Shown here: one piece after another, positions 13,986-27,153 of the stretch
How the letters are laid out: each line of letters starts with the position of its first letter
How positions within the stretch are numbered: the first letter of the stretch is position 1
Source of the DNA: the human T2T-CHM13v2.0 reference genome, Homo sapiens
NCBI GenBank assembly: GCA_009914755.4
Contig: CP086569.2
Location: 22,400,001-22,464,000, forward strand
Reading direction: 5' to 3'
Length of the DNA stretch: 64,000 bases
Notes under the pieces: generated by a model
Database searches by the model: none
The model's input: the letters and a program-made list of their open reading frames with translations, nothing else
What the model was told of the DNA's origin: nothing
Translations under genes and position numbers: made by a program

Positions 13986-14463
13986 AATAAATAACGTTAT
14001 CCCAATCTGTTTTTAGGTCCTGTTAGTCTTCACGCTATTCCCAAAGTGCTTTTTTAGACTTCTTGAGAATTATCCTTCCCTGTGTATGGCTCATAAATAA
14101 AATTTATGCTTCAAAAACCACTTAGATTTCATAATTTTCTTCCTCATTGCGTATTGTAGGTATTTTCTACTCGCTGTACTATGTATTAATCTATTGATCG
14201 TGAAATTGTATATAGTGCATATTTAAGTCTTGCTAGTTGCTTTTCTTTCTGTTACATCTAGCACACTTCCTGTCACATAGCAGAAAGTACATTTTTATTC
14301 ACCCTTATAAATTAGTATTTCAAGCTGTGGTAGAAACCGAGAGTTGCTTTTGGTTCATGGCTTTGTGGTAGGTATGGAGATAATTTTGACTTCTGTATAG
14401 GAAGCTATGATAATTTCTTTTTTCCCTCTAGTTTTCAAGCAAAAGGGCAGGTAATTTGTGTAA

Positions 14464-14768
<305 letters not shown>

Positions 14769-15848
14769 ACGTTATTTCTAAATTACTTCATCTCACGTAT
14801 TTTATTGTGTTAAAATAACTATGAATGTTGTATGCACATTAATGTTAAGATGGCCAATAAAGGAGGTTCTTTGAGTTTTCAGGGGGAATTAACAGTTAAG
14901 GAATTTTGGCTGACTTCAGAACACTGGGAAGGAAGCAGCCGTGGGCAAATCTGGGGAAAATATTTTGAGCCCAGAAATAACAAAAGAAGTTTCAAGGTAG
15001 GAACAACGGGCGATGTGGCTGCAAGCGGTCTTGTTCAGGGATTTAAGTCCTTCCTCCAAATAACAAAAGCCATGTAATTTTTAAATCGCATTATTAGCTG
15101 AACTGTTTTCAAAAATTGCTGTGGCCTGTAGAAAAGATTACAGTGAAAAATGTTATTATGAAATTAATTAGGATAGTTAAGCATTTCTGAGAAATTACCT
15201 GAAGTACTATATTAAGATTCGTTTTTTAGGGGCACGTCTAAGGCAATGTAAGAAATGAGTAAGGCAAGAAAACTTAATGAGATCAAACAAGGATCACATT
15301 TACAGAAACATTTTTAGAGTCAATATAGAATTGTAAATCATATGGGGACATTTTATGGAAGTGTTAGCAAATCCAACAAGAAACAACTCATAATGAGTAA
15401 TGTGCCTAATCACTCTGAAAAAGTAAGCTCATTTTTTTTTTAAATGACACGAGTTTCATTGGGACACTGCAACTTTCAAATCAGTGATGTGACTACAAAG
15501 ATGAAGTGGATTATATATTGTAAAAAACAGATGTGCCACATTCTTCCACAGAATGTGTGATGGGTCAAACTTTTTTTTTATGTTTGAGTTTTTTTTTTTT
15601 TTAATGATGGAAAAGTTTTCAAGGAATTTGAATAATAGAATTTGTGTTTGATCCCTTAATGGAAGGCATGTGCTCAGTAACTATCTCAAATTTGGCATTG
15701 CGAAAGATGTGTTCATTTTAGAAGAAAAAAAAGTTTCCTTTTGGGAGAAAAATACCTCAAATTGAACTACAGTTGATGTAAAAATGTTTGTAAAATGTGC
15801 TTACGTTAAATGTGCCGGTGTTATTGATAGTACCCTTAATACTTCTAG

Positions 15849-16026
15849 TCTTTGCATGGAAAAGCAATAAAAGTAGAACAAGCCAAGAAACCATCTTTTC
15901 AAAGTGGTGGTAGGCGGAGACCACCAGCTTCTTCGAGAAACAGAAGCCCTTCAGGAAGTCTGAGATCTGCAAGAGGAAGCCGTGGAGGAACAAGAGGGTG
16001 GCTTCCCTCACAAGAAGGGCACCTGG
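15849..16026 (+). CDS. RBMY1: RBMY1 coding exon ([21 protein letters not shown]...[11 protein letters not shown])
   Basis: Acceptor is acttctag and donor is ctgg|gtaatg. The exon lies inside ORF-track protein 15852..16100. Confidence 0.85.
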
Positions 16027-16781
16027 GTAATGTTTTAAAATATAAAGATGGAACCATAGGACTGAAAGAAAATAAGTTTGACGATATTGAAATTTCTTAA
16101 TTTTTTTCTTTCCTGTATGAAGAGAAAATTAGCTTATTGATAATAAGCAAACTTATTTCTAAGTACTATAAAGGTGTATTATAAGAATGATTGAACTAAT
16201 ATCTAAAATTTGTTTAACAATTATAATAAGTTTGCACTGAAGTAACACACATTTGAAACTGAGTTGTGTTTGTGAATGCTGATTGCCTGTACTCAACCGG
16301 TTTTCTGCAGAACTCATTTATATTCATTATACTTTAGAGTTTTCTACTTTAGGGCCCAGAACTTCGTGTCAGTTGTATTATCAAAGTACGATGTAATATT
16401 TAAAATTTTCCAACAGGAAGAAGTAACTGAATACTGAAGATTGATTTTGCAGTATTTGTTTTCTTGTGTCTACATGTGGAAACATCTATGCAAATGTATT
16501 GCTTTGTAATTTTGATACAGAGAGTTTGTACATTGGCCTGCCGTAAAGCATTTTCAATTTAAGAAATGTAGAACTTTAATTTCTGAAAAGAGTCTGTGAC
16601 TCTGGAAAGATCTAAAAACCACTGCTTCACAGATATGTATGAATCTTTCTTTGCTGGAGGCTGAGTCACTGAAAATGATATTTATGAGTGATTTACTTAA
16701 TAGAAATGAGGGGTCCATCTTTACATATAAAAGAAAAACAAACCATATATTTAAAAAAAAGGAAAAAGAAAAAACTATTGG

Positions 16782-17090
16782 ATGGGCTGTGCGAGGTGGC
16801 TCACGCCTGTCACCTCAGCACCTGGGGAGTACAGGGGAGGTGGACCACGAGGTCAGGAGTTCCAGACCAGCCTGGCCAACATGGTGAAACCCTGTCTCTC
16901 CTAAAGATACAAAAAAATTTGCCTGGGCCTGGTGGCGTGCACCTGTAATCCCAGCTACTCAGGAGGCTGAGGCAGGAGAATCACAGGAACCTGGGAGGCA
17001 AAAGCTGCAGTGAGCCAAGGTTATGCCATGGCACTCCAGCCTGCGTGATAGGGCAAGAGTGCATCTGAATAAATAAATAAATAAACCTGT
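16782..17090 (+). mobile_element. Alu (sense) plus (AAAT)n, in RBMY1 intron
   Basis: Contains gtggctcacgcctgtcacctcagcacc...ctccagcctgcgtgatagggcaagag. Confidence 0.8.
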
Positions 17091-17941
17091 TGGTTAACTT
17101 GTATTATCTATTAACCAACCTTCAGAACTCTAACAAATAGCTTGGAGTTTTAATAACCAGACATGTAATTAATTGGAGATTGTTTTCAAGTTGAAATTGC
17201 AGTGTTTGCTCCATTTTAAGATGCGTAGCTTCACGGCTGTTTTGCCTCCACTGATCTTGAGGGTGAGCTTCAATTATACTCTGCCACGGACGAGAATGTG
17301 TACATAAATTCTAACCTGTAACACCACCTGGCAATTGGCATATATCTACGTTTTTGTAGATGTATAAAAATATGTTTATATTACCGAATATGCAATTCTT
17401 AAAGACTGTTAAAATTCAGCATAGTCTCATCTGAAAATTAGTGTCTCATAAGGGAATTTTAAGAATTCTATATTGTGTTAACAAATTTTAGAGACAATGT
17501 ATTTTCCTGATATGTGATTTCTTGGTATTGGAAATATTTGAGTTTCTTTGAATGGAAATTAGTTTATCTTTATGATGTGCTTTGAAAATTTTTCCTCATT
17601 ACAGAATGATATAAACAGTCATTTATCATTTTTCTTTTAATATTTTTATGTATATTATATTTGGATATTTTAGTGATAGATTTCTGCCCCCGTTCACTCC
17701 CCATTTTCCCACATCTCTCCTTCATACCGATATATTATGATACTTGAGTTTCTTTCTAGATTTTCTAAATGAACTTTTAATGCTTGAAGTGTACTAATAC
17801 CTTGTAGGAATGCTAATTTTATTAGTTTAGACAAAATGTGAATTTGTTATAAAATGTAGAAAATATTTGTAAACAACTAAAACTTAGCCATTTAAGAAAC
17901 AGTGACGTCAGTTAACTAAAAAGATTTTGTTTGAAATACAG

Positions 17942-18094
17942 ATGATGGTGGATACACTCCTGATCTCAAGATGAGTTATTCTAGGGGACTCATTCCAGTT
18001 AAAAGAGGTCCATCTTCAAGAAGTGGAGGTCCTCCTCCGAAAAAATCTGCTCCTTCTGCTGTGGCAAGAAGCAATAGTTGGATGGGAAGCCAAG
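17942..18094 (+). CDS. RBMY1: RBMY1 coding exon ([51 protein letters not shown])
   Basis: Acceptor is gaaatacag and donor is caag|gtaaat. The phase joins cleanly with the flanking exons. Confidence 0.85.
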
Positions 18095-18487
18095 GTAAAT
18101 GCTGCCTGACAGAAAGACCGTAGTTTTTGTATGACTAAAAATGAGCCGTTTTAGCTGAATGCTTAGCTTTAAGTTCATTGAACAAAAGAGAAGTGACACA
18201 TACGTGAGCATAATTACTGATTGATAGCTTTTATTATAGTTTCTATCTCACTAGGTACATTTCAGATTTATGTTGAAGAAATACTTGAGCTTCTCATTGC
18301 AGATCAAAGAAGTGATTAGAGTGAGGCCAACATTCCTTTTAATCCTGTGTTGGCTAGAAAATTCCCCTTAATTTTTCTAAAAGTTCCTAGCAGTATTCTT
18401 TGATGGTAGGCTTCTTGATCTAATTAACTCTTCCATTTCCTAAGTCCCCTGGTGTCCCATTCTAAAAATTGCTTGTTCGGTGACTTT

Positions 18488-18805
18488 GCTGGGTTGGAGT
18501 CTTGCTCTTACTAGGTGAGAGTGCACTATGTGAGACGACGGCTTACTGTAGCCTCAAATTTGTGAGATGACGGCTTACTATAGCCTCAAATTCCTGGGCT
18601 CAAGCAATTCTGCTGTTTCAGCCTCCCGAGTTTGTGCAACTACAGGCATGCAGCAGCACACCTAGCTACATTTTTTTCCCTATGTTTTTGTAGAGAGAGG
18701 ATCTGACTACATTGTCAAAACTGATGTTAAAGCCTGGGGCTCAAGCGGTCCAGCTGCCTCAGCCTTCCACACTCACTCACAGTGTGAGCCGCTAAGCCTG
18801 GCCAT
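18488..18805 (-). mobile_element. Alu (antisense, with an internal duplication), in RBMY1 intron
   Basis: Contains ctcaaattcctgggctcaagcaattctgctgtttcagcctcccgag. Confidence 0.7.
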
Positions 18806-20104
18806 CCAGCTTCTGAGACCTCAGTAATGCGTATGTGCAAGGCATACTCACTGCTTGCATGAAGATTCAAAAGAACTACAAGAGCATTTAGCAGACAAGG
18901 AGTCATTGGGCTTAAATATGATTTAAAAATAAATTTAAGGCTCGAGAGGTAGACACGTAGGAGTCCAAAATTCTTAAATTAAGTGGATATCACAGAAATG
19001 CAGAGTTGTGAAATATAGGTGTATGTAAATCAGTAATTGAGATTGTACCGGGATGTTTAAACATTAACACAAGATCCTTAGTGTAAGATTTGAAATTATT
19101 TGAGGAGAGAATTTAGAACTCAGCAACATGAGGTGAGCGGTAGGGTTGAATGCAAGTAATACTTTTGAGAAGAATTGTAAGACTGCAGACTGAACAGAAG
19201 AAAATAAGACAATAAATAAAAGTTCTTAGCAAGGAAGTTTAAGCAGAGCAAATTAAAATTCTTTCTTAGTCCTCCATCCGCATACGGAGGAAGTTAAAAA
19301 CTGCCATTTTCAATTTTACATTTCATACGTAGAGTATCGGTGAAGGGAGGTATTTATTGGCTTCAGGATACCCAAGCCAACACATTTCCATTGGAAAATT
19401 AGCCAGTGAAGGTATCATATGTGAAACACTGACCGCTAAGGAATAGCAAGTGAAGAATATATTAGAGGAGAAACTTTCTATTTTGAAACAGCAACAATGT
19501 TGTAATGACCCCTTGCATAGCATTGCTTTCTTTGCAGTAAAAGCAAATCTTGACCATCATTAGAAAATCTTCACTAATACATTTTAATTTGTCAACATTT
19601 AAGATAGAGCCAACCAGTTAAAGAACTTTTATGTAAACATTTAGCATATAGTCATTTAAAGGTAGCTGTATTTATGTGTCTGTGAGATGGACTGAATGAT
19701 ATTGGAAAATCTACCTTCTTTGGCTGAGAAAGAACAATGTATGTAAACTTTAAAATCAGTGAAGAGTTTGATGGTTTTACGTGTTTTCCCTGTGTCACTC
19801 ACAGTCATCAGTAATTTATATGGAAAGGAAAATAATAACTAAGTAGTTATTAACCATTACAAATGAACTTTTACCTAAGCATTAATGTTTGCCTTCAGCT
19901 TCATTAGAAGAACTGGCCTTGTGGGAGCCATGGGATTATCCAAAGCCATGAGAAATATTCACAGTGTCATGTCTGTCTAGTAATTTAGGAAACAAAGAAT
20001 GGAGTCATAGAAGAAATAATTTTAAAAAGTTGTTTGAGAGAAGAGAAAATAGCGTTTCAGATTTGGTGTTCTTTACGTAATGTTCCATCATTTGAATGTT
20101 AAAG

Positions 20105-20219
20105 GTCCCATGTCACAAAGAAGAGAGAATTATGGAGTTCCTCCACGCAGAGCGACAATATCTTCCTGGAGAAATGATCGCATGTCAACAAGACATGATG
20201 GTTATGCAACTAACGATGG
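20105..20219 (+). CDS. RBMY1: RBMY1 coding exon ([39 protein letters not shown])
   Basis: Acceptor is gttaaag and donor is gatgg|gtaaag. The frame is maintained. Confidence 0.85.
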
Positions 20220-21174
20220 GTAAAGGAAAAATTAAAAAGCACAGTTGATTTTTTTTTCCTGTGGTGATGAAATTCACATAACAAAATTAAATATTATAAG
20301 GTGAACAGTTAGGTGGTGTTTGATACATTCTGTGCCATGCAACAACTACCTCCATCGAGTTCCAGAACATTTTCATCACTCCAAATTGAAACTCCTACTA
20401 CCAGTTAAGCAGTCCCTCCCATTTTCTCCTTTTCCTCAGCTGCTAGATAACACCAGTCAGTGTTCTGCCTCTGAACTTACCTGTTGTGGGTATTTAATGT
20501 TAATGTGCTCAAACACTACATGACTTTTTGTATTTGTCTCCTCTCCTTTTGCATGATGTCCTGAAGGTTCATTTACATCATAGCACTTCACTCCTTCCAC
20601 AAGCTATTAACCCATTATTTTATCTGCGTTGTTTCCACCCGAGTATTTCTACGCACCAATATTTGTTTGAGTGTGCTTACTCGGTTCTGGGTGTATATGA
20701 GTGGAATTGCATGGTCCTATGATAATGATGTTTGTTTTCTTGAGGAACCACCACATTTCTCCATAGTAGCTGCATCATTTTCCGTTCCAACCTAGCATTG
20801 TATCAGCAATCCAATTTATCTACATCCTCTCAAACACTTGTTATTTCCTGCTGTTTGAAATTTATTGCCATTCAAATGTGTGTTTGAAATATGATATCCC
20901 ATTTTCGATTTGAAATGCATTTTCTGCACCCATTAACTCATCATGCACATGTATCCTAGAACTTAAAGTATAATGAAACAAAAAGAAATGCATTTTCTGA
21001 ATCGCTGAATATGAGTATCAGTCCCGTGTGCTTTTTGGGCATTTGCCGATTTTATTTGGAGAAATATCTGTTTAGATGTTTGGCCTTTTAATTTTGTTTA
21101 AGTTGTAAGTTAGTCATGTATTGGATACTAGAAGTTGAAAATTTAAAATTTGTTGCTTAAACTTATGCACACAG

Positions 21175-21285
21175 AAATCATCCAAGTTGCCAAGAAACGA
21201 GGGATTATGCTCCACCATCTAGAGGCTATGCATACCGTGATAATGGTCATTCTAATCGGGATGAACATTCCTCTAGAGGATATAG
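21175..21285 (+). CDS. RBMY1: RBMY1 SRGY-box exon 1 ([37 protein letters not shown]), 111 nt
   Basis: Acceptor is cacacag and donor is atag|gtactg. It is the first member of the 545-bp repeat exon series. Confidence 0.85.
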
Positions 21286-21726
21286 GTACTGTAACTTTTT
21301 CTGAATTTGTCAAATAGATTTCTTAAATTGCTCATTCCAACTAACGTTCTATCAGGGCTCCAATTTATCTACATCCTCTCAAACACTTGTTATTTCCTGC
21401 TTTTGAAAATTTATTGCCCTTCCAGTGTGTGCGTATGAAATATGATATCTCATTTTGGATTTGAAATGCATTTTCTGCACCCATTAACTCATCATGCACA
21501 TGGACCCTAGAACTTAAAGTATAATTAAAAAAAAAAGAAATGCGTCTTCTGAATCACTGAATATGAGTATGTGTCCCATGTGCATCTTGGGCATTTGCCC
21601 ATTTTATTTGGAGAAATATCCATTGAGATGTTTGGCCTTTTAATTTTGTTTAAGTTGTAAGTTAGTCATGTATCGGATACTAGAAGTTGAAAATTTAAAA
21701 TTTGTTGCTTAAACTTATGCATACAG

Positions 21727-21837
21727 AAATCATCGAAGTTCCCGAGAAACTAGGGATTATGCTCCACCATCTAGAGGCCATGCATACCGTGATTATGGTC
21801 ATTCTCGTCGGGATGAAAGTTATTCTAGAGGATACAG
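21727..21837 (+). CDS. RBMY1: RBMY1 SRGY-box exon 2 ([37 protein letters not shown])
   Basis: Acceptor is atacag and donor is acag|gtactg. The exon is 111 nt, with no stop codons. Confidence 0.85.
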
Positions 21838-22271
21838 GTACTGTAACTTTTTGTGGATTTGTCAAATAGATTTCTTAAATTGTTCATTCCAACTAACATT
21901 GTATCAGGGCTCCAATTTATCTGCATCCTCTCCAACACTTGTTATTTCCTGCTTTTGAAAATTTATTGCCATTCATCTGTGTGTGAAATATGATATCTCA
22001 TTTTGGATTTGAAATGCATTTTCTGCACCCATTAACTCGTCATGCACATGGACCCTAGAACTTAAAGTATAATAAAAAAAAGAAATGCATTTTCTGAATC
22101 ACTGAATATGAGTATCTGTCCCATGTGCTTTTTGGGCGTTTGCCCATTTTATTTGGAGAAATATCTATTTAGATGTTTGGCCTTTTAATTTTGTTTAAGT
22201 TGTAAGTTAGTCATATATCGGATACTACAAGTTGAAAATTTAAAATTTGTTGCTTAAACTTATGCATACAG

Positions 22272-22382
22272 AAATCGTCGAAGTTCCCGAGAAACTAGGG
22301 AGTATGCTCCACCATCTAGAGGCCATGGATACCGTGATTATGGTCATTCTCGTCGACATGAAAGTTATTCTAGAGGATATAG
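22272..22382 (+). CDS. RBMY1: RBMY1 SRGY-box exon 3 ([37 protein letters not shown])
   Basis: Acceptor is atacag and donor is atag|gtactg. The exon is 111 nt. Confidence 0.85.
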
Positions 22383-22815
22383 GTACTGTAATTTTTCTGG
22401 ATTTGTCAAATAGATTTCTTAAATTGTTCATTCCAACTAACATTGTATCAGGGCTCCAATTTATCTACATCCTCTCAAACACTTGTTATTTCCTGCTTTT
22501 GAAAATCTATTGCCATTCATCTGTGTGTGTGAAATATGATATCTCATTTTGGATTTGAAATGCATTTTCTGCACCCATTAACTCATCATGCACATGTATG
22601 CTAGAACTTAAAGTATAATAAAACAAAAAGAAATGCATTTTCTGAATCACTGAATATGAGTATCTGTCACTTGTCCTTTTTGGGCATTTGCCTATTTTAT
22701 TTGGAGAAATACCTATTTAGATGTTTGGCCTTTTAATTTAAAGTTGTAAGTTAGTCATGTATTCGATACTAGAAGATGAAAATTTAAAACTTGTTGCTTA
22801 AACTTATGCACACAC

Positions 22816-22926
22816 AAATCATCCAAGTTCCCGAGAAACTAGGGATTATGCTCCACCATCTAGAGGCTAGGCATACTGAGACTATGGTCATTCTAGGCAG
22901 GATGAACATTCCTCTAGAGGATATAG
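22816..22926 (+). pseudogene. Relic fifth SRGY-box pseudo-exon lying between SRGY exons 3 and 4
   Basis: It is a 111-nt homologue at the exact ~545-bp repeat phase. The acceptor has changed from AG to AC (cacac|aaatcatcc). The donor has changed from GT to AT (atatag|atactg). There is an in-frame TAG (agaggc TAG gcatactgag). Confidence 0.7.
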
Positions 22927-23303
22927 ATACTGTAACTTTTTCTGGATTTATCAAATAGATTTCTTAAATTGTTCATTCCAACTAACATTGTATCAGGGCT
23001 CCAATTTATCTACATCCTCTCAAACACTTGTTATTTCCTGCTTTTGAAAATTTTTTGCCCTTCCAGTGTGTGTGTGTGAAGTGTGGAAGCTCCTTTTTTA
23101 TTTGAAATGCATTTCCTGAATCACTGATTATGAGTATCTGTTTCATGTGCTTTTTGGGCATTTGGGCATTTTGGGCATTTGGGCTCTGTGGGCATTTTAT
23201 TTAGATGTTTGGCAATTTAATTGTGTTTAAGTTGTAATGTAGTTATGTTTTGGATACTAGAAGGTGACAATTTAAAATTCCTTGCTTCAACTCGTGCACG
23301 CAG

Positions 23304-23414
23304 AAATCATCCAAGTTCCCGAGAAACCAGGGATTATGCTCCACCACATAGAGACTATGCATACCGTGATTATGGTCATTCTAGTTGGGATGAACATTCC
23401 TCTAGAGGATATAG
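23304..23414 (+). CDS. RBMY1: RBMY1 SRGY-box exon 4 ([36 protein letters not shown].)
   Basis: Acceptor is gcacgcag and donor is atag|gtacta. The exon lies inside ORF-track protein 23221..23421. Confidence 0.85.
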
Positions 23415-23501
23415 GTACTAACATGTTATCTGGATTTATCAAATGGATTTCTTAAATTGTTCATTCTGAAATTGAAAAGACTTTTTTTTTTTTCAATTTA
23501 G

Positions 23502-23590
23502 TTATCATGATGGCTACGGTGAGGCCCTTGGTAGAGATCATTCTGAACATCTAAGTGGAAGTTCTTATAGAGATGCACTTCAGAGATACG
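23502..23590 (+). CDS. RBMY1: RBMY1 penultimate coding exon ([30 protein letters not shown])
   Basis: Acceptor is caatttag and donor is tacg|gtaagg. Its 3' part is identical to window positions 1-50. Confidence 0.85.
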
Positions 23591-26500
23591 GTAAGGGTCC
23601 AGGATGGATTTGTAAATTACAGAATTTTATTTAATAGACCAGATTGTTATTTTAATGAAATTCTAAGGAAAATTGTAAAGGCCATATGCAACATGTTTAA
23701 ATATTGAGTATTCTTAACAGTATAAAGCCTAGGGAATGATATGAAGGTGAGAACTTCAGTTAACGTTAAGAAAATGTGACTGAGCATTTACTTTAGAATT
23801 AAGTTTGTTAAGCTGCAAAATACTACTCTTACACTTCTCTTAAATAAAACCTTCTGACTATTAAAGCCTTGATTAATATCCTGTCAACAAAGGCGGAGGA
23901 AAGCAGATATTTCCAAATAGTACTTTAACTAATTCATGCTTTAATGATAGCAGTAAAAATGTTTAAATGTAGTCCCACATATTATTTTACCAACCCTGCA
24001 GGGACCTCTCATGGTGCACCACCTGCAAGAGGGCCTCGGATGTCTTATGGTGGAAGCACCTGCCACGCATATAGTAATACACGAGATAGATATGGCAGAA
24101 GTTGGGAGAGTTACTCGAGCTGTGGTGATTTTCATTATTGTGATCGTGAGCATGTTTGCAGAAAAGACCAAAGGAATCCGCCTTCTCTGGGTAGGGTGCT
24201 CCCTGATCCTCGTGAAGCATGTGGTAGCTCAAGTTATGTGGCATCTATAGTAGATGGTGGGGAGAGTCGATCTGAAAAAGGAGACTCGAGCAGATATTAA
24301 AGCAAGCATTGAAAATAATAGTTATTGCATACCAATCCTTGTTTGCAAATCAAAAATTGAAATGTTATTTCTGCATTGTTACCTGCATATTACTGAAAGA
24401 AACATGTTGGTTTTGTGGAGAGAGGTAGATACTAACTTCCTCCATGAATTTTTTGAGGTATTCAAAGGAAAAGGAATTGTTTTCAAAGTAATTTCATACT
24501 TGTTGATGCTATTTGAAAAGTGTTTAGATGTAATATCTACCTTAAAATTTTCACAATAAAATTTGACATGTACTGCAAGATGCCTGGTGTTATTGGTTAG
24601 CCGCGCATGCTTAAAGCAAATTCAATAGGAGAGTAAATTGTGTAGTCTGTTGTACATTTTCCTTTGTTTCTTTGAACATAGGTACAAAATTAGGGATGTG
24701 TTATGTCGCCCTTGCAAGCTGCTCAAGTTTTGTAATTAGGCTGTTTCTCTTTAAAAACTAACAAGGTTAAAATGTTGGAGAAGTCTTCAGAAAGACTACA
24801 AAACTGTCTGCCTCACCATAAAACGTTTATTTTTTAGAGGAATAGTACAGGTCAAAGGAAATCATTAGATGTATTGATACTAAAGTTTAAGACATCCGGA
24901 ACATTCTATGTGAAGCATTCTGTGACTGAAGAGGATAACGGTAATGAAAACTTTTTTTTTCACCTAAATCAGAAGTGAACCAGCTAAGTTTCTCAGGTGC
25001 GTAGCATAATGAATTTAAATGTTCGTAGTTTAAATAGTGGAAAGTAAGTGTTTTGTCTTGTGAGGTTCCCACGTTAATTTTTTCTTGAATATTTTGACAG
25101 TGGATGTTGTAAGTAATGGTTTAGTAATATGTTCTTACAGATAGGAATAATCTAGAGTGGTTGGGATAGTATCAGTTTTTTTTTGAGGTGAAGTGTATAG
25201 CTTTGTCGCCGAAGCTGGGGTGCAGTGGCTCTGTCTTGGCTTATGGCAACCGCTGCCTTCTGGATCCAAGCTATTCTCCTGCCTCAGCATCCTGAGTAAC
25301 TGGTATTAGATATGTGTGCCGCACAGCGGGGCCAATTTTTGTATTTTTAGTGCAGACAGCGTTTCACCTTGTTTGCCAGGCTGTTCTTAAAATCCTGATC
25401 CACCCTCCTCAGACTCCCGAAGTGCTAAGATTATAGGCGTGTGCCACCACTGTCAGCCTATCGTATTTAATTGATAATATGAATGGAAACGCTTTAAACC
25501 TCATACTTAGGGGAAAGTGAAGTGTATAAAACATAAACAACAGCATAAAGTTTCCGACGGGATTGCTTAAAGTTTTAAGACATCACTGAATGATACAAAT
25601 ATTTAGACCGAAATAACTAAATGAATTAATTTTCCTGATTATACAAACTAAAGAAATGAAATACATCAAGTTCCAGAAGTTTTGCAGTCCATAATTCTTA
25701 CAATTGACAGACTAATCTGCAAGGAGGAAGTATTTTCTTGAAAAATTTTGACAGAATCATCAATTTTTACAGGGTAAGGGTACAAATAATTTTAAAGGGA
25801 GAAGTTACCAACTTTGATTTTCAAGTGAGTTATTCATGTTATGGAGTGTTTTCATTCACCTGTAGCATTGTGAGGATGAAGTGAAAAGATAAATCTCCCG
25901 AGTCTTGTGTATCTTACTGTCCATGTGTGATGGCTCAGGTCTCTAATTCTAACACTTGGGGAGGCCGAGGCTTGCAGAGCACTTTAGGACAGGAGTTGAA
26001 GACCAGGCTGGCCAACACCATGAAACCCCATCTCTACCAAAAATACAAAAATTAGCCGGGCATGGTGGTGCCTGCCTGTAGTATGTTGCAGTTAATTGGG
26101 AGGCTCAGGCAGGACAGTGGTTTGAACCTGGGAGCCTGATGCTGCGGTGAGCCGATATTGCACCATGCACTCTAGCCTGGGTGACAGAGTGCGACTCCAA
26201 CACAAAAATAATTATATCAATCAACAAATATATACATAATAAATAGGGTATCCTTCAGTTCAAGCACTTACCGATTCTTTTTTCTTTTTTAGAGACAAGG
26301 TCTCACACTGTTGTCCAGCCTAGACTGCAGTGGCACCATCATAGCTCACTGCAGCCTTGAACACGGGCTTGAAATGTGCAAGCCTTCCATTTCAGCCTCC
26401 CAAGTAGCTGGAATTACAGACACACACCAACCACCGTGCCCAGCTTTTGTGTTTGTGTGTGTGTGGTAGGGACAATGCTTTGGATATATTGTTCAGGCTG

Positions 26501-27110
26501 GTCTCAAACTCCCAGACCGAAATAATCCTCCTTCCCTGGCTTCCCAAAGTGTTGTGATTATAGCCGTGAGCCACTGAGTCTGGCATATCTTTTCTCATTA
26601 TGAGCGACATTCCACCTCACTGAGTCTGGCGTATCTTTTCTTGGTATCAGCGACATTCCACCTTCGCTCTATTAATTATTTTGAGATGTACAATAAATCA
26701 TTATTAAGTGTAGTCATCCTGTGCCACTGAACACTAGATATTATTCCTTCTAAGCAAGTATAATTTAACCCACCCCCATCCCCTCTTTGATCCCTCGCTT
26801 ACCAGTTCACATTACTTGTATCAAAATATCACATGTATGCCAAAAGTATCTACAACTGTTAGGTACAAATTTTCATTCCCTTCCTCCTTCCCTCCCTTCC
26901 TTTCTTCCTTCCTGTCTTTCTTTCTTTTTGTCTCTGTATCTTTTTCTCTCACTGATTTTTTTTTTTTTAAGAAAGAATCCTGCCCTGTCACCTAGGCTGG
27001 AGTGCAGTGGCGTGATCTCAGCTCACTGCTCCCTCCTTATCACGGGTTCAAGCAATTGTCCAGTCACACTCTCCTAAGCAACTGCAACTGCAGTCATATG
27101 ACACCAATCC

Positions 27111-27153
<43 letters not shown>

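Larger units (their letters stand above)
20780..23460 (+). repeat. ~545-bp genomic tandem repeat x5 (SRGY exon plus intron unit); exon starts at 21175, 21727, 22272, 22816(dead) and 23304
   Basis: Intron blocks recur, for example ccaatttatctacatcctctcaaacacttgttatttcctgc and gaaatgcattttctgcacccattaactcatcatgcacatg. The intronic part carries L1-like strings (acatgtaccctagaacttaaagtataat). Confidence 0.85.

Noticed and set aside
20780-23460. Regularly spaced 545-bp repeats with short conserved blocks, and likewise the 2.45-kb array, considered as possible CRISPR-like arrays
   Set aside because: This is a eukaryotic, human sequence. The units are hundreds to thousands of bp long, carry splice sites and TE fragments, and lack repeat-spacer architecture.
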